DNA from: Clostridiales bacterium
GTDB taxonomy: Bacteria; Bacillota; Clostridia; Oscillospirales; Acutalibacteraceae
Length of the DNA stretch: 64,000 nt
NCBI GenBank assembly: GCA_012523185.1
Contig: JAAYIY010000067.1
Span: forward strand, 1,068-65,067
Direction of reading: 5' to 3'
Part shown: positions 1 to 10,335 of the stretch, piece by piece
Position numbering within the stretch: position 1 is the first letter of the stretch
How the letters are laid out: each line of letters starts with the position of its first letter
Position numbers and translations under genes: made by a program
The notes under the pieces: generated by a model
What the model saw: only the letters and a program-made list of their open reading frames with translations
The model's database searches: none
What the model was told of the DNA's origin: nothing

Positions 1-345
1 ATCCCCAAAACCTACAGGGTGACTGTGCGCCCCGACATTTCGGACAAGCAGCTTGAATCTTTTCAAAACGGCATGATGATAGACGGCAGGAAAACCGCGC
101 CCGCAAAGGCGACTGTGCTTGAAAGACAGGAAAACAGAGTTGTGCTTGAGATAGTGCTTTTTGAGGGCAGAAACAGGCAGATACGCAAGATGTGCGAGGA
201 GCTTTCACTCGACGTCGCAAGGCTGAGGCGCATGGCTGTCGGTCCCGTTAAGCTTGGAATGCTGGCTGTCGGCAATTGGCGTGAGCTGACATTGCCGGAG
301 GTTGAAAAGCTTGTCGGAGCCGCCGTCGGGCAAAACGGCCGATAA
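1..345 (+). CDS. Pseudouridine synthase, RsuA/RluB family, C-terminal part (5' end outside window)
   Basis: Reading frame is open to the window edge. Translated GRNRQIRKMCE...VARLRRMAVGPVKLG is the conserved C-terminal core of RsuA/RluB-type pseudouridine synthases. Confidence 0.8.
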   Translation: MPKTYRVTVRPDISDKQLESFQNGMMIDGRKTAPAKATVLERQENRVVLEIVLFEGRNRQIRKMCEELSLDVARLRRMAVGPVKLGMLAVGNWRELTLPEVEKLVGAAVGQNGR

Positions 346-371
346 TTTACGAAAGGACGCGTAACGGTAAT

Positions 372-1250
372 TTGATTAAGAGTATGACGGGTTACGGGCA
401 GTCGTGCCGCGAAATCGGCGGCATGAACATAACAGTCGAAATAAAAAGCGTAAACCACAGGTTCTTTGAGTTTTCAACAAGGGCGTCAAGGACTTACGGG
501 TTTTTGGACGAAAAGCTGAAAAGCTTTTTGCAAAAATGGATATCAAGAGGAAAGGTTGATTGCAGCGTCACAATAGAAGCTCTTGAGGAGGCGGACGTCA
601 TTGTCAGCCTTAACAGCTCTCTGGCGCAGGGTTACTTAAAAGTTTTCGGCGAAATGTCGGAGCGGTTTGACTTGAAAAACGACGTCACTGTTTCGTCCAT
701 GTCTCGCTTTTCAGATATCTTTTCAACACACAAGGCTCCGGCGGACGAAGAAAAAGTCTGGGACGCCGTGAAAGTTGTCGCGGCCGCGGCTGCCGAAAGG
801 TTTGTCGCGATGCGTGAGGCGGAAGGTGAAAAGCTGCGCGGCGATATAATCAAAAGGGCCGAAGCAATTCTTTCAAATGTATCGTTTATAGAGTCGCGGT
901 CGCCGCAGACCTTAATTGAGTACAACGAAAAGCTTACGGCGCGTATTCGGCAGCTGCTTGAGGACGCGCATGTGGACGAGCAGAGGCTGCTCACGGAAGC
1001 CGCCATATTTGCGGACAAGGTGGCGGTTGACGAAGAAACAGTCAGGCTGAGGTGCCACATTTCCCAGCTGCGCGAGCTGCTGTGTTCAGACGAAGCTGTG
1101 GGCAGAAAGCTTGATTTTCTCACACAGGAGATAAACCGCGAGGCAAACACGATAGGCTCCAAATCACAGGATGTCGAGATAGCCCGAAGCGTTATCGACA
1201 TTAAGGCGGAGGTTGAAAAGATACGCGAGCAGGTGCAAAACATCGAATGA
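372..1250 (+). CDS. yicC: YicC/YloC family stress-induced protein
   Basis: N-terminus MIKSMTGYG is typical of YicC, and the C-terminal DUF1732-like segment is present (KLDFLTQEINREANTIGSK). TTG start at 372. Position upstream of remA-gmk matches B. subtilis yloC. Confidence 0.9.
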   Translation: MIKSMTGYGQSCREIGGMNITVEIKSVNHRFFEFSTRASRTYGFLDEKLKSFLQKWISRGKVDCSVTIEALEEADVIVSLNSSLAQGYLKVFGEMSERFDLKNDVTVSSMSRFSDIFSTHKAPADEEKVWDAVKVVAAAAAERFVAMREAEGEKLRGDIIKRAEAILSNVSFIESRSPQTLIEYNEKLTARIRQLLEDAHVDEQRLLTEAAIFADKVAVDEETVRLRCHISQLRELLCSDEAVGRKLDFLTQEINREANTIGSKSQDVEIARSVIDIKAEVEKIREQVQNIE

Positions 1251-1326
1251 CCTCCGGCGTATTCGCGGCGGCGCACCGGCACCGACGCACCAGCACTGAA
1301 ACAATTTTTTCAAAGGCGGTGATGAA

Positions 1327-1599
1327 ATGAAGCTTATAAACATAGGTTTCGGAAACATGATAAACGCCGACAGGATTGTCGTTGTCGTTAGCCCCGATTC
1401 AGCTCCCATAAAAAGGCTTGTGCAGGATTGCAGAGAAAGAGGCACGATAGTCGACGCGTCGTTCGGAAGAAAGACGAGAGCGGTTATAATAACAGACAGC
1501 GACCATGTGATTCTTTCTTATCTCACCGCCGAGACAGTGGCTAACAGGGTAAACGGCGAAGGCGCCGACACTGTCCTTGCCGGTGAAAGCAACGAATAA
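1327..1599 (+). CDS. remA: RemA/YlzA (DUF370) biofilm/extracellular-matrix regulator
   Basis: [10 protein letters not shown]...SPDSAPIKR...[18 protein letters not shown] is near-identical in pattern to B. subtilis RemA. Synteny between yloC and gmk. Confidence 0.92.
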   Translation: MKLINIGFGNMINADRIVVVVSPDSAPIKRLVQDCRERGTIVDASFGRKTRAVIITDSDHVILSYLTAETVANRVNGEGADTVLAGESNE

Positions 1600-1646
1600 A
1601 AGCGAAAGGCGCGGCGCTCTTTTTTAAACGCCGCAAAGGTTTTAAA

Positions 1647-2267
1647 ATGATTGACGACAGAAAGTCAGAGGGGATGCTCGTCGTTCTTTCCGCTCCGTCG
1701 GGCTGCGGAAAGGACACGGTTTTAGACGGGCTTGGCAAAAAAGCGGGCTGGATAAAGCGATCTATTTCACTTACGACAAGAAACAAACGCGACGGCGAAA
1801 AAGACGGTGAGGATTATTATTTTGTCAGCCGTGATTATTTTTTGAGCAGGCTCGACAGCGGTCAGATACTTGAACACACGACCTACAGCGGCAATTTTTA
1901 CGGCACTCCCAAAAGCACGGTTGACGAATGGCTGAAAAACGGTGAAACAGTCATACTCAAGATTGAGGTTGAGGGCGCCGGCAAAATAAAAGAGCTTTAT
2001 CACGACTCAATAAGCATTTTCCTGATACCGCCGTCAATGAAAGCGCTTGAGGAAAGGCTGCGCTGCCGTATGAGCGAAAGCGAGGAAGAAATTCAGAGCA
2101 GGCTCACGATAGCTTTAAACGAGATGAAGAACGCCGTAAGCTATGATTTTATTGTTATAAACGACGATGTTGACAAAGCAATCGACGATGTTTATTCAAT
2201 CATTGTTTCAGAAGGCCACAGGACGTCACGCTCAACGCGGATTCTTAACGAGTCGATGAGCTTTTAA
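1647..2267 (+). CDS. gmk: Guanylate kinase
   Basis: P-loop SAPSGCGKDT, TTR motif region, and synteny remA-gmk-rpoZ. Confidence 0.93.
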   Translation: MIDDRKSEGMLVVLSAPSGCGKDTVLDGLGKKAGWIKRSISLTTRNKRDGEKDGEDYYFVSRDYFLSRLDSGQILEHTTYSGNFYGTPKSTVDEWLKNGETVILKIEVEGAGKIKELYHDSISIFLIPPSMKALEERLRCRMSESEEEIQSRLTIALNEMKNAVSYDFIVINDDVDKAIDDVYSIIVSEGHRTSRSTRILNESMSF

Positions 2268-2294
2268 AAGATTTTATAAGGAAAGGTGAATATT

Positions 2295-2504
2295 ATGTTA
2301 AACCCCGATTTAAGAAACGTGCTCAAGGACCATGTCAGCCGCTATTCTCTTGTCACGGCGACGGCTAAAAGAGCGAGGGAGATTGCCGAGGACGCGGAGG
2401 AAAAGAAAATAATAATGACGGAAAAGCCTGTCACGCTTGCCGTAAACGAAATTATCAGCGGCAAGTATATAATTATCGAGCCGGAGGAAATAAGGGACAT
2501 CTGA
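2295..2504 (+). CDS. rpoZ: DNA-directed RNA polymerase subunit omega
   Basis: Small ORF after gmk containing SRYSLVTATAKRAREI. ATG at 2295 lies 8 nt after AGGAAAGG; the ORF track begins at GTG 2286. Confidence 0.88.
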   Translation: MLNPDLRNVLKDHVSRYSLVTATAKRAREIAEDAEEKKIIMTEKPVTLAVNEIISGKYIIIEPEEIRDI

Positions 2505-2532
2505 TTTTCACGGCGGAAGTTTCGGGGCGGAG

Positions 2533-5013
2533 GTGGAGGTTTTGACGAAAGCGAATATCGCGAAAATTGCCGTTGACAACACGGCGTTCCACTTCGACAA
2601 AACATATGACTACCGCGTTCCCGACGAGCTGCTTGAGAGCGCAAAGCGCGGCTGCCGCGTCACCATCTCATTCGGAAACACGTCAAAAAAGCGGCAGGGG
2701 CTGATAATGGAGCTGTCGTCTGCCGCCGAATACGGCGGCCGTAGGCTGAAACCGATTTTGTCTGTGCTTGACAAAAAGCCGCTTTTAAACGACGAAATGC
2801 TGTCGCTTGTTTATTGGCTTAAAGAGCGTACCTTTTGTACGCTTTATGAAGCCGTCAAAGCCATTCTCCCGTCCGGCATAAACCACAGGATAATAGAGGC
2901 TTTTGCCGCCGCCCCGTCAGAGCAGCGGCAGGGCAGGGAGCTTTCGGACGACGAGCGGGAGATTGCGGACTATCTTGCGGGCAGACCGGGGTTTGTGAGG
3001 GGCGAGCGCATACTGGCGCGGTTCGGTCATGCCGCCGACTCCGATATACTTTTGAAGATGACGGAAAAGGAAGTGCTGGAGCGCAACTATGACGCCGTCC
3101 GAAACGTCGGGGACTTGCAGGTTAAAATGATAAGGCTGACGCCGGAGTTTTTGTCCGGCGAGCTTTCACCGCCTAAGCTTACGAAAAAGCAGAACGAGGT
3201 TGTGGAGCTTCTTTGCGATTTAGGCTCCGCCTGTGTTCGGGAGGTATGTTATTTCACAGGCTTCACACAGTCCGTTCCGCTGTCGCTATGCTCAAAGGGC
3301 ATAGCCGAAACATACGATAACGAGGCATACAGAAGTCCGCACGGCGCGTTGCCGGAGCGGCTCGAATGTGAGGATGTGCTGCTCACCGACGAGCAGGAGG
3401 CGGCGTTTCAAAGCCTTTACGAGCAATACAAAAACGGCAGGGGCGGCGCGTCGCTGCTGTTTGGAGTCACGGGCAGCGGAAAGACAAATGTGTACATGAA
3501 GCTTGCCGACAAAGTCATATCCGACGGCAGAGGGATAATACTTATGGTGCCGGAGATATCGCTGACACCGCAGGCGCTTGACATTTTTCGCGCGCGTTAC
3601 GGAGAGAAAACGGCTGTTTTTCACAGCGCTCTTTCTGTCGGAGAAAGGCTCGACGAGTGGAAAAGGGTAAAAAACGGCGACGCCCTCATGGTTGTCGGCA
3701 CGCGCTCCTCTGTGTTTGCGCCGTTTGACAATCTCGGGCTTATCATAATAGACGAGGAGCAGGAATCGACATACAAATCAGAAAATTCGCCGAGATATTC
3801 GGCTCGTGATGTCGCTCGATTCCGCTGCGCAAAAAACGACGCGCTTCTCGTTTTATCTTCCGCCACGCCGAGCGTTGAGACATACGCCGCGGCGCTTAAA
3901 GGGAGATACACGCTGAACACTCTTTCGGAGCGCTACGGGGCGGCGGTTTTGCCCGAGGTCAAGACAGTCGATATGTGCGCCGAGCAAAGATGCAAAAACA
4001 GCTCCGAATTGAGCGCCGCGCTCATATCAGATCTGAAAAAAAACCTTGAGGACGGTCAGCAGTCAATATTGCTTATAAACAGGCGCGGATACCACACCTT
4101 TGCTTCCTGCACATCGTGCGGACATGTTCTGACTTGCCCGTCATGCAGCATTTCAATGACATACCACCAGGCAAACGGCAGGATGATGTGCCATTATTGC
4201 GGCTACACGGCGCCATATTCACAAGTTTGCCCGTCATGCGAAAAGCCGGCCGTAAAACATTCCGGGTTCGGCACGCAAAAGGTTGAGGACGACCTTGCGC
4301 GTGAACTGCCTGAGGCGCGTATACTAAGAATGGACACAGACTCGACGATGTCCCGCCGCTCGCACGAAGAAAAGCTTTGCAGCTTTTCGAGGCGCGATTA
4401 CGATATACTGATAGGCACCCAGATGGTCGCCAAGGGGCTTGATTTTGAAAATGTGACGCTCGCGGCGGTGGTTTCGGTTGACCGTCAGCTTTACAGCGAC
4501 GACTACAGGAGCCTTGAGCGCACATTTGCGCTGCTTACGCAGGTCATTGGCCGCTCAGGCAGAGGGAAATATAAGGGCAGGGCGATAATACAGACAATGA
4601 CCCCGGAAAATGAGATTATCGCGCTTGCGGCGAAGCAGGACTACAACGCTTTTTTTAAGACAGAAATAGAAGTCCGCAAGGCCCTTGTCTATCCGCCGTT
4701 TTGTGACATATGCGTTGTGGGATTCATCGGGGAAAACGAGCTTTTTGTACGCTCGGCGGCAAAGGAGTCTCTTGAGAGAATTATTTTGCTGTCGTCCGAA
4801 AAATACAGCGGCGAGAAATTTATTGTTTTAGGGCCGATGCCCGCAAGAGTGTTAAAGGTAAACAACAAATTCAGGCACAGAATGATTATAAAGTGCAGAA
4901 ACTCGTCCGGTTTTCGGCGTATGATTTCAGAGCTTCTTTGTGTGATGGGCGGCGATTCAAGATTTTCCGGTGTGACGACTTATGCCGACATGAACCCGGA
5001 AAGCATTATATAG
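2533..5013 (+). CDS. priA: Primosomal protein N' (replication restart helicase PriA)
   Basis: 826 aa. Walker A GVTGSGKT, DEEQ box (IIIDEEQES), and two Cys4 zinc-knuckle clusters (CTSCGHVLTCPSCS...CHYCGY...CPSC). Confidence 0.95.
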   Translation: MEVLTKANIAKIAVDNTAFHFDKTYDYRVPDELLESAKRGCRVTISFGNTSKKRQGLIMELSSAAEYGGRRLKPILSVLDKKPLLNDEMLSLVYWLKERTFCTLYEAVKAILPSGINHRIIEAFAAAPSEQRQGRELSDDEREIADYLAGRPGFVRGERILARFGHAADSDILLKMTEKEVLERNYDAVRNVGDLQVKMIRLTPEFLSGELSPPKLTKKQNEVVELLCDLGSACVREVCYFTGFTQSVPLSLCSKGIAETYDNEAYRSPHGALPERLECEDVLLTDEQEAAFQSLYEQYKNGRGGASLLFGVTGSGKTNVYMKLADKVISDGRGIILMVPEISLTPQALDIFRARYGEKTAVFHSALSVGERLDEWKRVKNGDALMVVGTRSSVFAPFDNLGLIIIDEEQESTYKSENSPRYSARDVARFRCAKNDALLVLSSATPSVETYAAALKGRYTLNTLSERYGAAVLPEVKTVDMCAEQRCKNSSELSAALISDLKKNLEDGQQSILLINRRGYHTFASCTSCGHVLTCPSCSISMTYHQANGRMMCHYCGYTAPYSQVCPSCEKPAVKHSGFGTQKVEDDLARELPEARILRMDTDSTMSRRSHEEKLCSFSRRDYDILIGTQMVAKGLDFENVTLAAVVSVDRQLYSDDYRSLERTFALLTQVIGRSGRGKYKGRAIIQTMTPENEIIALAAKQDYNAFFKTEIEVRKALVYPPFCDICVVGFIGENELFVRSAAKESLERIILLSSEKYSGEKFIVLGPMPARVLKVNNKFRHRMIIKCRNSSGFRRMISELLCVMGGDSRFSGVTTYADMNPESII

Positions 5014-5024
5014 GAGAGATACAC

Positions 5025-5477
5025 ATGGGATACAGAAAAATTGTGACGGTGGGCGATCCGATTCTCAAAAAGAGGAGCAGGACTGTGACAAGTTTTGATT
5101 TAAAGCTTGCCGCGCTTTTAGACGATATGAAAGAAACTCTCGTCAGGGAGCAGGGATGCGGGCTTGCCGCCGTTCAGGTGGGCGTTCTCAGGCGTGTCGT
5201 CGTCATGAATTGCGGCGACGGCTTTATAGAGCTTGTAAACCCGGAGATAATAAGCTCCGAGGGGCGTCAGGAGCAGGAGGAAGGATGCCTTTCGGTGCCA
5301 AATGAGCGCGGCATAACGCTGCGCCCCTCCGTCGTCAAAGTCAAGGCGCAGGACAGAAACGGAAGATGGCGGATTTATAAGGGCGCCGATCTTAAGGCAC
5401 GCTGCTTTTGCCACGAGATAGACCATCTTGACGGAATCCTGTTCACAAGCCGCATAATAAGAAGGGAAAAGCCGTAA
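5025..5477 (+). CDS. def: Peptide deformylase
   Basis: Motifs GCGLAAVQVG, EGCLS and HEIDHLDG. ATG at 5025 follows AGGAGAG; the longer track ORF (4893) overlaps the priA 3' end. Confidence 0.95.
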   Translation: MGYRKIVTVGDPILKKRSRTVTSFDLKLAALLDDMKETLVREQGCGLAAVQVGVLRRVVVMNCGDGFIELVNPEIISSEGRQEQEEGCLSVPNERGITLRPSVVKVKAQDRNGRWRIYKGADLKARCFCHEIDHLDGILFTSRIIRREKP

Positions 5478-5496
5478 AATACGGTGATGATATATT

Positions 5497-6420
5497 TTGA
5501 AGATTGTTTTTATGGGGACGCCGAAATTTGCGGTGCCATGCCTGAAAAGACTTGTCGCCGACGGACACGATATATCTGTTTTTACACAGCCTGATAAGCC
5601 GGCGGGCAGAAAAAGAGAGCTTTTCCCGCCGCCGGTAAAGACAGAGGCGGAGCGTGTCGGAATCGCGGTCTTTCAGCCGCCGTCCGTAAGGGACGGAGAG
5701 GCGCTTAAAATTCTCAAAGAAATATCGCCGGAGCTGATAATCGTCGCGGCATACGGCAAGATTCTCCCGCCGGAAATCATCAGCCTGCCGCCCGAGGGCT
5801 GCGTTAACATACATGCGTCGCTCCTGCCGAAATACAGGGGCGCGGCACCGATTCAGCAGGCAATCATTGACGGCGAGAGCGAAACGGGAATCACTTCAAT
5901 GCTGATGGACGAGGGGCTTGACACGGGAGATATGCTTTTGACCGAGGCAGTCCTTATCGGCGAAAACGAGACGGCGGGCGAGCTTGGCGAAAAATTGTCG
6001 ATAGTCGGAGCTGACGTAATGTCAAAAACGATAACAGCACTTTCAGAGGGCAGTCTGAAGCCGAAAAAGCAGGATGAATCGCTTGCGAGCTACGCAAAAA
6101 TGCTCACAAAGGAGATGTCACCGATTGACTGGAGCCGTCCCGCCGGTGAAATACACAACAAGATTAGGGGACTGTTTCCGTGGCCGGCCGCCACGACAGA
6201 ATGGAAAGGCAAGAAAATCAAGCTTTGCGCGTCACGGCTTTGCGCCGGAGAGTGCGGCGTGCCGGGAGAAGTGGCGGAAAATGACGGAAGACTTATTGTG
6301 TCGTGCGGAAACGGACAATGTTTGGAGATAATAACGTTGCAGGCACAGGGCAAAAGGGAGATGCCCGCCGCGGAGTTTTTGAGGGGCGGCAGGATAGAAA
6401 AGGGCGACATATTGCGGTGA
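5497..6420 (+). CDS. fmt: Methionyl-tRNA formyltransferase
   Basis: MKIVFMGTPKFA N-terminus and the HASLLPKYRGAAPIQ motif. def-fmt synteny. Confidence 0.95.
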   Translation: MKIVFMGTPKFAVPCLKRLVADGHDISVFTQPDKPAGRKRELFPPPVKTEAERVGIAVFQPPSVRDGEALKILKEISPELIIVAAYGKILPPEIISLPPEGCVNIHASLLPKYRGAAPIQQAIIDGESETGITSMLMDEGLDTGDMLLTEAVLIGENETAGELGEKLSIVGADVMSKTITALSEGSLKPKKQDESLASYAKMLTKEMSPIDWSRPAGEIHNKIRGLFPWPAATTEWKGKKIKLCASRLCAGECGVPGEVAENDGRLIVSCGNGQCLEIITLQAQGKREMPAAEFLRGGRIEKGDILR

Positions 6421-6472
6421 CGTCGCGATAATTTCGTGGCCGCGCAATAGGCGGCAGGAAAGGATGGTTTTT

Positions 6473-7177
6473 ATGTTCGGTAACGGTTTTTACTACGGCG
6501 GAGTGGATATTTATTATCTGATTCTTGTCGTTCCCGCTTTTTTGGTTGCCCTTTGGGCGCAGTTCAAAGTCAAGGGAACATACAGAAAAATGTCTGCGGT
6601 GATGAACAGCAGGGGGATTACAGGGAGTCAGGCGGCGGCAAGGGTTCTCTACAATTACGGCGTTACAAACGTCCGTATCGAGCGTGTCGCCGGTGAGCTT
6701 TCAGACCACTACGATCCCAGAACAAATGTCATACGCCTGTCGGAGGGGGTGCATGACAGCCACTCCGTGGCCGCTGTCGGCATAGCTTGCCATGAGGCGG
6801 GGCACGCGGTGCAGCACGCCCAAAATTATTCACCCATAAAGGCGCGCAACGCCATTCTCCCCGTGACCAACATCGGCTCCGCCATCGGTCTTCCTCTTGC
6901 AATCATCGGGCTTTTTATGAATTTTGGAGTGCTGTTTTATGTCGGGCTGATTCTTTATTCTCTTGTCGCACTGTTCCAGCTTATAACACTGCCCGTCGAG
7001 TTTAACGCAAGCAGACGCGCGTTAAATGTTATCGATGAGACGGGTATGCTGCAAGCTGATGAATACAAGGGAGCGAAAAAGGTTCTCACAGCCGCGGCTC
7101 TGACTTATGTCGCCGCGCTGGCAGTTTCGATTGCAAACCTTTTAAGGCTTTTACTTGTAAGAAACAGGAGAAATTAA
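6473..7177 (+). CDS. Putative neutral zinc metallopeptidase, YugP family (membrane)
   Basis: HEAGHAVQH zinc motif, LITLPVEFNASRRA and KVLTAAALTYVAA closely resemble B. subtilis YugP. ATG 6473 lies downstream of AGGAAAGGA. Confidence 0.88.
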   Translation: MFGNGFYYGGVDIYYLILVVPAFLVALWAQFKVKGTYRKMSAVMNSRGITGSQAAARVLYNYGVTNVRIERVAGELSDHYDPRTNVIRLSEGVHDSHSVAAVGIACHEAGHAVQHAQNYSPIKARNAILPVTNIGSAIGLPLAIIGLFMNFGVLFYVGLILYSLVALFQLITLPVEFNASRRALNVIDETGMLQADEYKGAKKVLTAAALTYVAALAVSIANLLRLLLVRNRRN

Positions 7178-7180
7178 CAA

Positions 7181-8491
7181 ATGTGCGACGCGAGGCAGGC
7201 GGCTTTCAAGATTCTTTTAAAAATTGACGGCGGTGCTTTTTCAAACCTGACGCTTGACGCCGCGCTGAAAAAGGAAAGCTTTTCGCGCTGTGACGCGGCA
7301 TTTGTCGCGGCTCTTGTTTACACGGTGACAGAGCGCTGTTTAACAATAGATTATAATCTTTCGCTCTACCTCAAGCAGCCGATAAAAAGGTTAGCGCCGC
7401 AGGCGCTTGCCGCCTTGAGATTGGGATGCGCCCAAATATTTTTTATGGACAAGGTGCCGGTCAGCGCTGCCGTCAATGAAAGCGTCAAGCTTGTAAGGAA
7501 AAACGGCTGCCCGCATGCCGCGGGGGTCGTAAACGCCGTGCTTCGCAGGGCGGCGGAAAACGGCTTGAGGCTGCCCGACGAAAACGATAAAAGCTATCAG
7601 AGCATAAAATATTCGTGTCCGCAATGGCTTGTAAACCTTTGGACAGACTCCTACGGCAGCGAAAACGCAAAGGGAATAATGAGCGCTTCGCTCGGCGCGC
7701 CTGAAAATGTCGTCAGGGTAAACACCTTGAGGACTGCGCCTGACGAGCTGATTGACGAGCTTGAAAAAGAGGGCGTGAAAGCCGAAAGGCACAAAAGAGT
7801 TAAAAACGCGCTTATTTTAGAAAAGGCGGGAGCTGTCGGCAGCCTTGAGGCTTATAAAAAAGGACTTTTTCATGTGCAGGACACAGCTTCCCAGCTTTGC
7901 TGTGAGGCGCTTGGCGCCCGCGGCGGCGAAACGGTGCTTGACCTCTGCTCCGCGCCCGGAGGGAAGGCTTTTACATTGGCGCAGATAATGAAAAACAGCG
8001 GCAGGATTTTTGCCTTCGACATACATGAAAAGCGCCTTGGACTAATACGCGACGGAGCGAAAAGGCTCGGAATAGAAAACATAACGGCGGCGGCGGGCGA
8101 CGCCGGGATATACGATGAAACAGTCCCGCTCGCCGACAGAATCCTGTGCGACGTGCCCTGCTCCGGGCTTGGAGTTATAGGCAGAAAGCCTGAAATTCGA
8201 TACAAAACACCACAAGACATTGACAAACTTCCCGAATTGCAGTATTTTATACTAAGCGCCGCGGGCAGATACCTTAAAAAAGGCGGCACGCTTGTATACT
8301 CTACATGCAGCCTTAACCCGGCGGAAAACGGCGAAGTGTGCAGGCGCTTCCTGTCGGAGAACAGCGACTTTTATGAGGTGTCCGCTCTTTCTGAACATCA
8401 GAGATGCGGCAGGGATGGGTTTATTACGCTTCTGCCTCACATAAGCCGGTGCGACGGGTTCTTTATTGCCGTTATGAAAAAGGCGGATTAG
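7181..8491 (+). CDS. rsmB: 16S rRNA (cytosine967-C5)-methyltransferase
   Basis: NusB-like N-terminal domain, SAM motif DLCSAPGGK, catalytic DVPCSG and TCS motifs. Synteny after fmt. Confidence 0.92.
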   Translation: MCDARQAAFKILLKIDGGAFSNLTLDAALKKESFSRCDAAFVAALVYTVTERCLTIDYNLSLYLKQPIKRLAPQALAALRLGCAQIFFMDKVPVSAAVNESVKLVRKNGCPHAAGVVNAVLRRAAENGLRLPDENDKSYQSIKYSCPQWLVNLWTDSYGSENAKGIMSASLGAPENVVRVNTLRTAPDELIDELEKEGVKAERHKRVKNALILEKAGAVGSLEAYKKGLFHVQDTASQLCCEALGARGGETVLDLCSAPGGKAFTLAQIMKNSGRIFAFDIHEKRLGLIRDGAKRLGIENITAAAGDAGIYDETVPLADRILCDVPCSGLGVIGRKPEIRYKTPQDIDKLPELQYFILSAAGRYLKKGGTLVYSTCSLNPAENGEVCRRFLSENSDFYEVSALSEHQRCGRDGFITLLPHISRCDGFFIAVMKKAD

Positions 8492-8503
8492 CCGCCGAGC
8501 CGC

Positions 8504-9571
8504 TTGTTAATCCGGAGGTACACATTGAAAAAGGCCGACATTTTAGGAATGACACTTGCAGAGCTTTCACAGGCTGTCGCCGCGGAGGGTCTGCGGTCAT
8601 ACAGGGCGGGGCAGGTGTTCAGGTGGCTTCATGTCTTTGGCGTTTCTTCCTTTGACGACATGACGGACATTCCGAAATCGGAACGCGCGCTCCTTTCTTC
8701 CAAGTTTCAAATATTCGGCTGCAAGGTTGAAAAAAAGCAGGTTTCGGAGTATAATAACACAATTAAATACCTCTTTAGGCTAAGCGACGGCAATTTTGTC
8801 GAGTCAGTCGTGATGAAATATAGATACGGCCGCACAATATGTGTGTCGACACAAATAGGGTGTAAAATGGGCTGCGCGTTTTGCGCGTCGACGATGGGCG
8901 GCTTTGTGCGTTCGCTTGCGGCGGCCGAGATTTTAAGTCAGGTATATGCCGCGCAAAAGGATTCGGGCGCGAGGATTTCACGCGTCGTGCTGATGGGCAT
9001 GGGCGAGCCGCTCGACAATTTCAGCGCTGTCACACGTTTTATAGAGCTTATTTCAAGCCCCGACGGGCAAAATATCGGCATGAGGAACATTTCTCTTTCG
9101 ACCTGCGGAATAGTGCCGAAGATTTATGAGCTTGCCGAGAGGAAATATCAGCTCACGCTTTCAATATCCCTGCACGCGCCAAACGACGAGCTGCGCTCAA
9201 GTATAATGCCGATAAACAGGCGATACCCCATCGGCGAGCTTCTTTTGGCCTGCCGTGAATATATAAGGGCGACAGGCAGAAGAATATCTTTTGAATACAC
9301 CATGCTCGGCGGCATAAACGACAGCGACGGCTGCGCGAAAGAGCTTAGCGCCGTTTTAAGCGGAATGCTCTGTCATGTCAACCTTATTCCCGCAAACGAG
9401 TTCAATGAAAGCCCGTTCAGGCGAAGCGATGCCGCCCGTGTTTCGCGCTTTTGCGAGATACTTTTAAAAAACGGCATCAACGCGACTGTAAGGCGCAGCC
9501 TCGGCTCGGATATCGGCGCGTCCTGCGGACTGCTGAGGCTGAGGGGCGAAAAGGAGGATGAAAACGCATGA
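8504..9571 (+). CDS. rlmN: 23S rRNA/tRNA (adenine2503-C2)-methyltransferase, radical SAM
   Basis: Radical-SAM cluster GCKMGCAFCAS, MGMGEPLDN, and C-terminal GSDIGASCG. The exact start is uncertain. Confidence 0.92.
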   Translation: MLIRRYTLKKADILGMTLAELSQAVAAEGLRSYRAGQVFRWLHVFGVSSFDDMTDIPKSERALLSSKFQIFGCKVEKKQVSEYNNTIKYLFRLSDGNFVESVVMKYRYGRTICVSTQIGCKMGCAFCASTMGGFVRSLAAAEILSQVYAAQKDSGARISRVVLMGMGEPLDNFSAVTRFIELISSPDGQNIGMRNISLSTCGIVPKIYELAERKYQLTLSISLHAPNDELRSSIMPINRRYPIGELLLACREYIRATGRRISFEYTMLGGINDSDGCAKELSAVLSGMLCHVNLIPANEFNESPFRRSDAARVSRFCEILLKNGINATVRRSLGSDIGASCGLLRLRGEKEDENA

Positions 9572-10296
9572 AGATAGCAAAAAAGTCCGATATCGGAAAG
9601 GTGCGTAAATCCAATCAAGATGCGTGTTCCGCCGGTGAGCTGCCCGACGGCACTGTGTGGGCAGTCGTTTGCGACGGCATGGGCGGCGCTTCCGGCGGCG
9701 ACATAGCCAGCACGACCGCTGTGCGCATTATTTCCGAAAGGATCACATCTTCATTCCGCGACGGCATGAGTTCAAACTCAATCCGCAGTCTTTTGTTTTC
9801 ATCCATTGAGGCGGCAAACTCCGTCGTCTTTGAGATGTCCCGCTCAAACTCCGCGCTTGAAGGCATGGGGACGACAGTCGTGGCGGCTGTCATAAGCGGC
9901 GGCGCGGCATATATCGCCCATGCCGGGGACAGCAGGGCTTACAGGATCTTTGACAACACAATTTCACAGATAACGAGGGATCACTCAATCGTTCAGGCGA
10001 TGGTCGAAAAGGGTGAATTGACGCCTAATGAGGCAAAGGGTCATCCCCGCAAAAACATCATCACAAGAGCGCTCGGAGTTGACGCCAATATACTTATTGA
10101 TTTCAGCGAGGAGCCGTTTTGCGAAGGCGATATGCTTCTTATTTGCACCGACGGCTTGACAAACTTTGTCGAGTCCGAAGAAATATACAACATAATGCGC
10201 ACACCGGGCAAAGGCGACTTTGCGGACAGACTTGTCGCCCTGGCAAACGAAAACGGAGGACGTGACAATATAACCGTTGTGACGATATCAAGCTGA
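9568..10296 (+). CDS. prpC: PP2C-family Ser/Thr protein phosphatase
   Basis: SDIGKVRKSNQDA, VCDGMGG and TDGLTN...GGRDNITVV motifs. 4-nt overlap with rlmN; located upstream of the PASTA kinase. Confidence 0.93.
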   Translation: MKIAKKSDIGKVRKSNQDACSAGELPDGTVWAVVCDGMGGASGGDIASTTAVRIISERITSSFRDGMSSNSIRSLLFSSIEAANSVVFEMSRSNSALEGMGTTVVAAVISGGAAYIAHAGDSRAYRIFDNTISQITRDHSIVQAMVEKGELTPNEAKGHPRKNIITRALGVDANILIDFSEEPFCEGDMLLICTDGLTNFVESEEIYNIMRTPGKGDFADRLVALANENGGRDNITVVTISS

Positions 10297-10335
10297 TTCG
10301 CAAACGGGTATTAATTGAGCATGGAGAGATAAGCT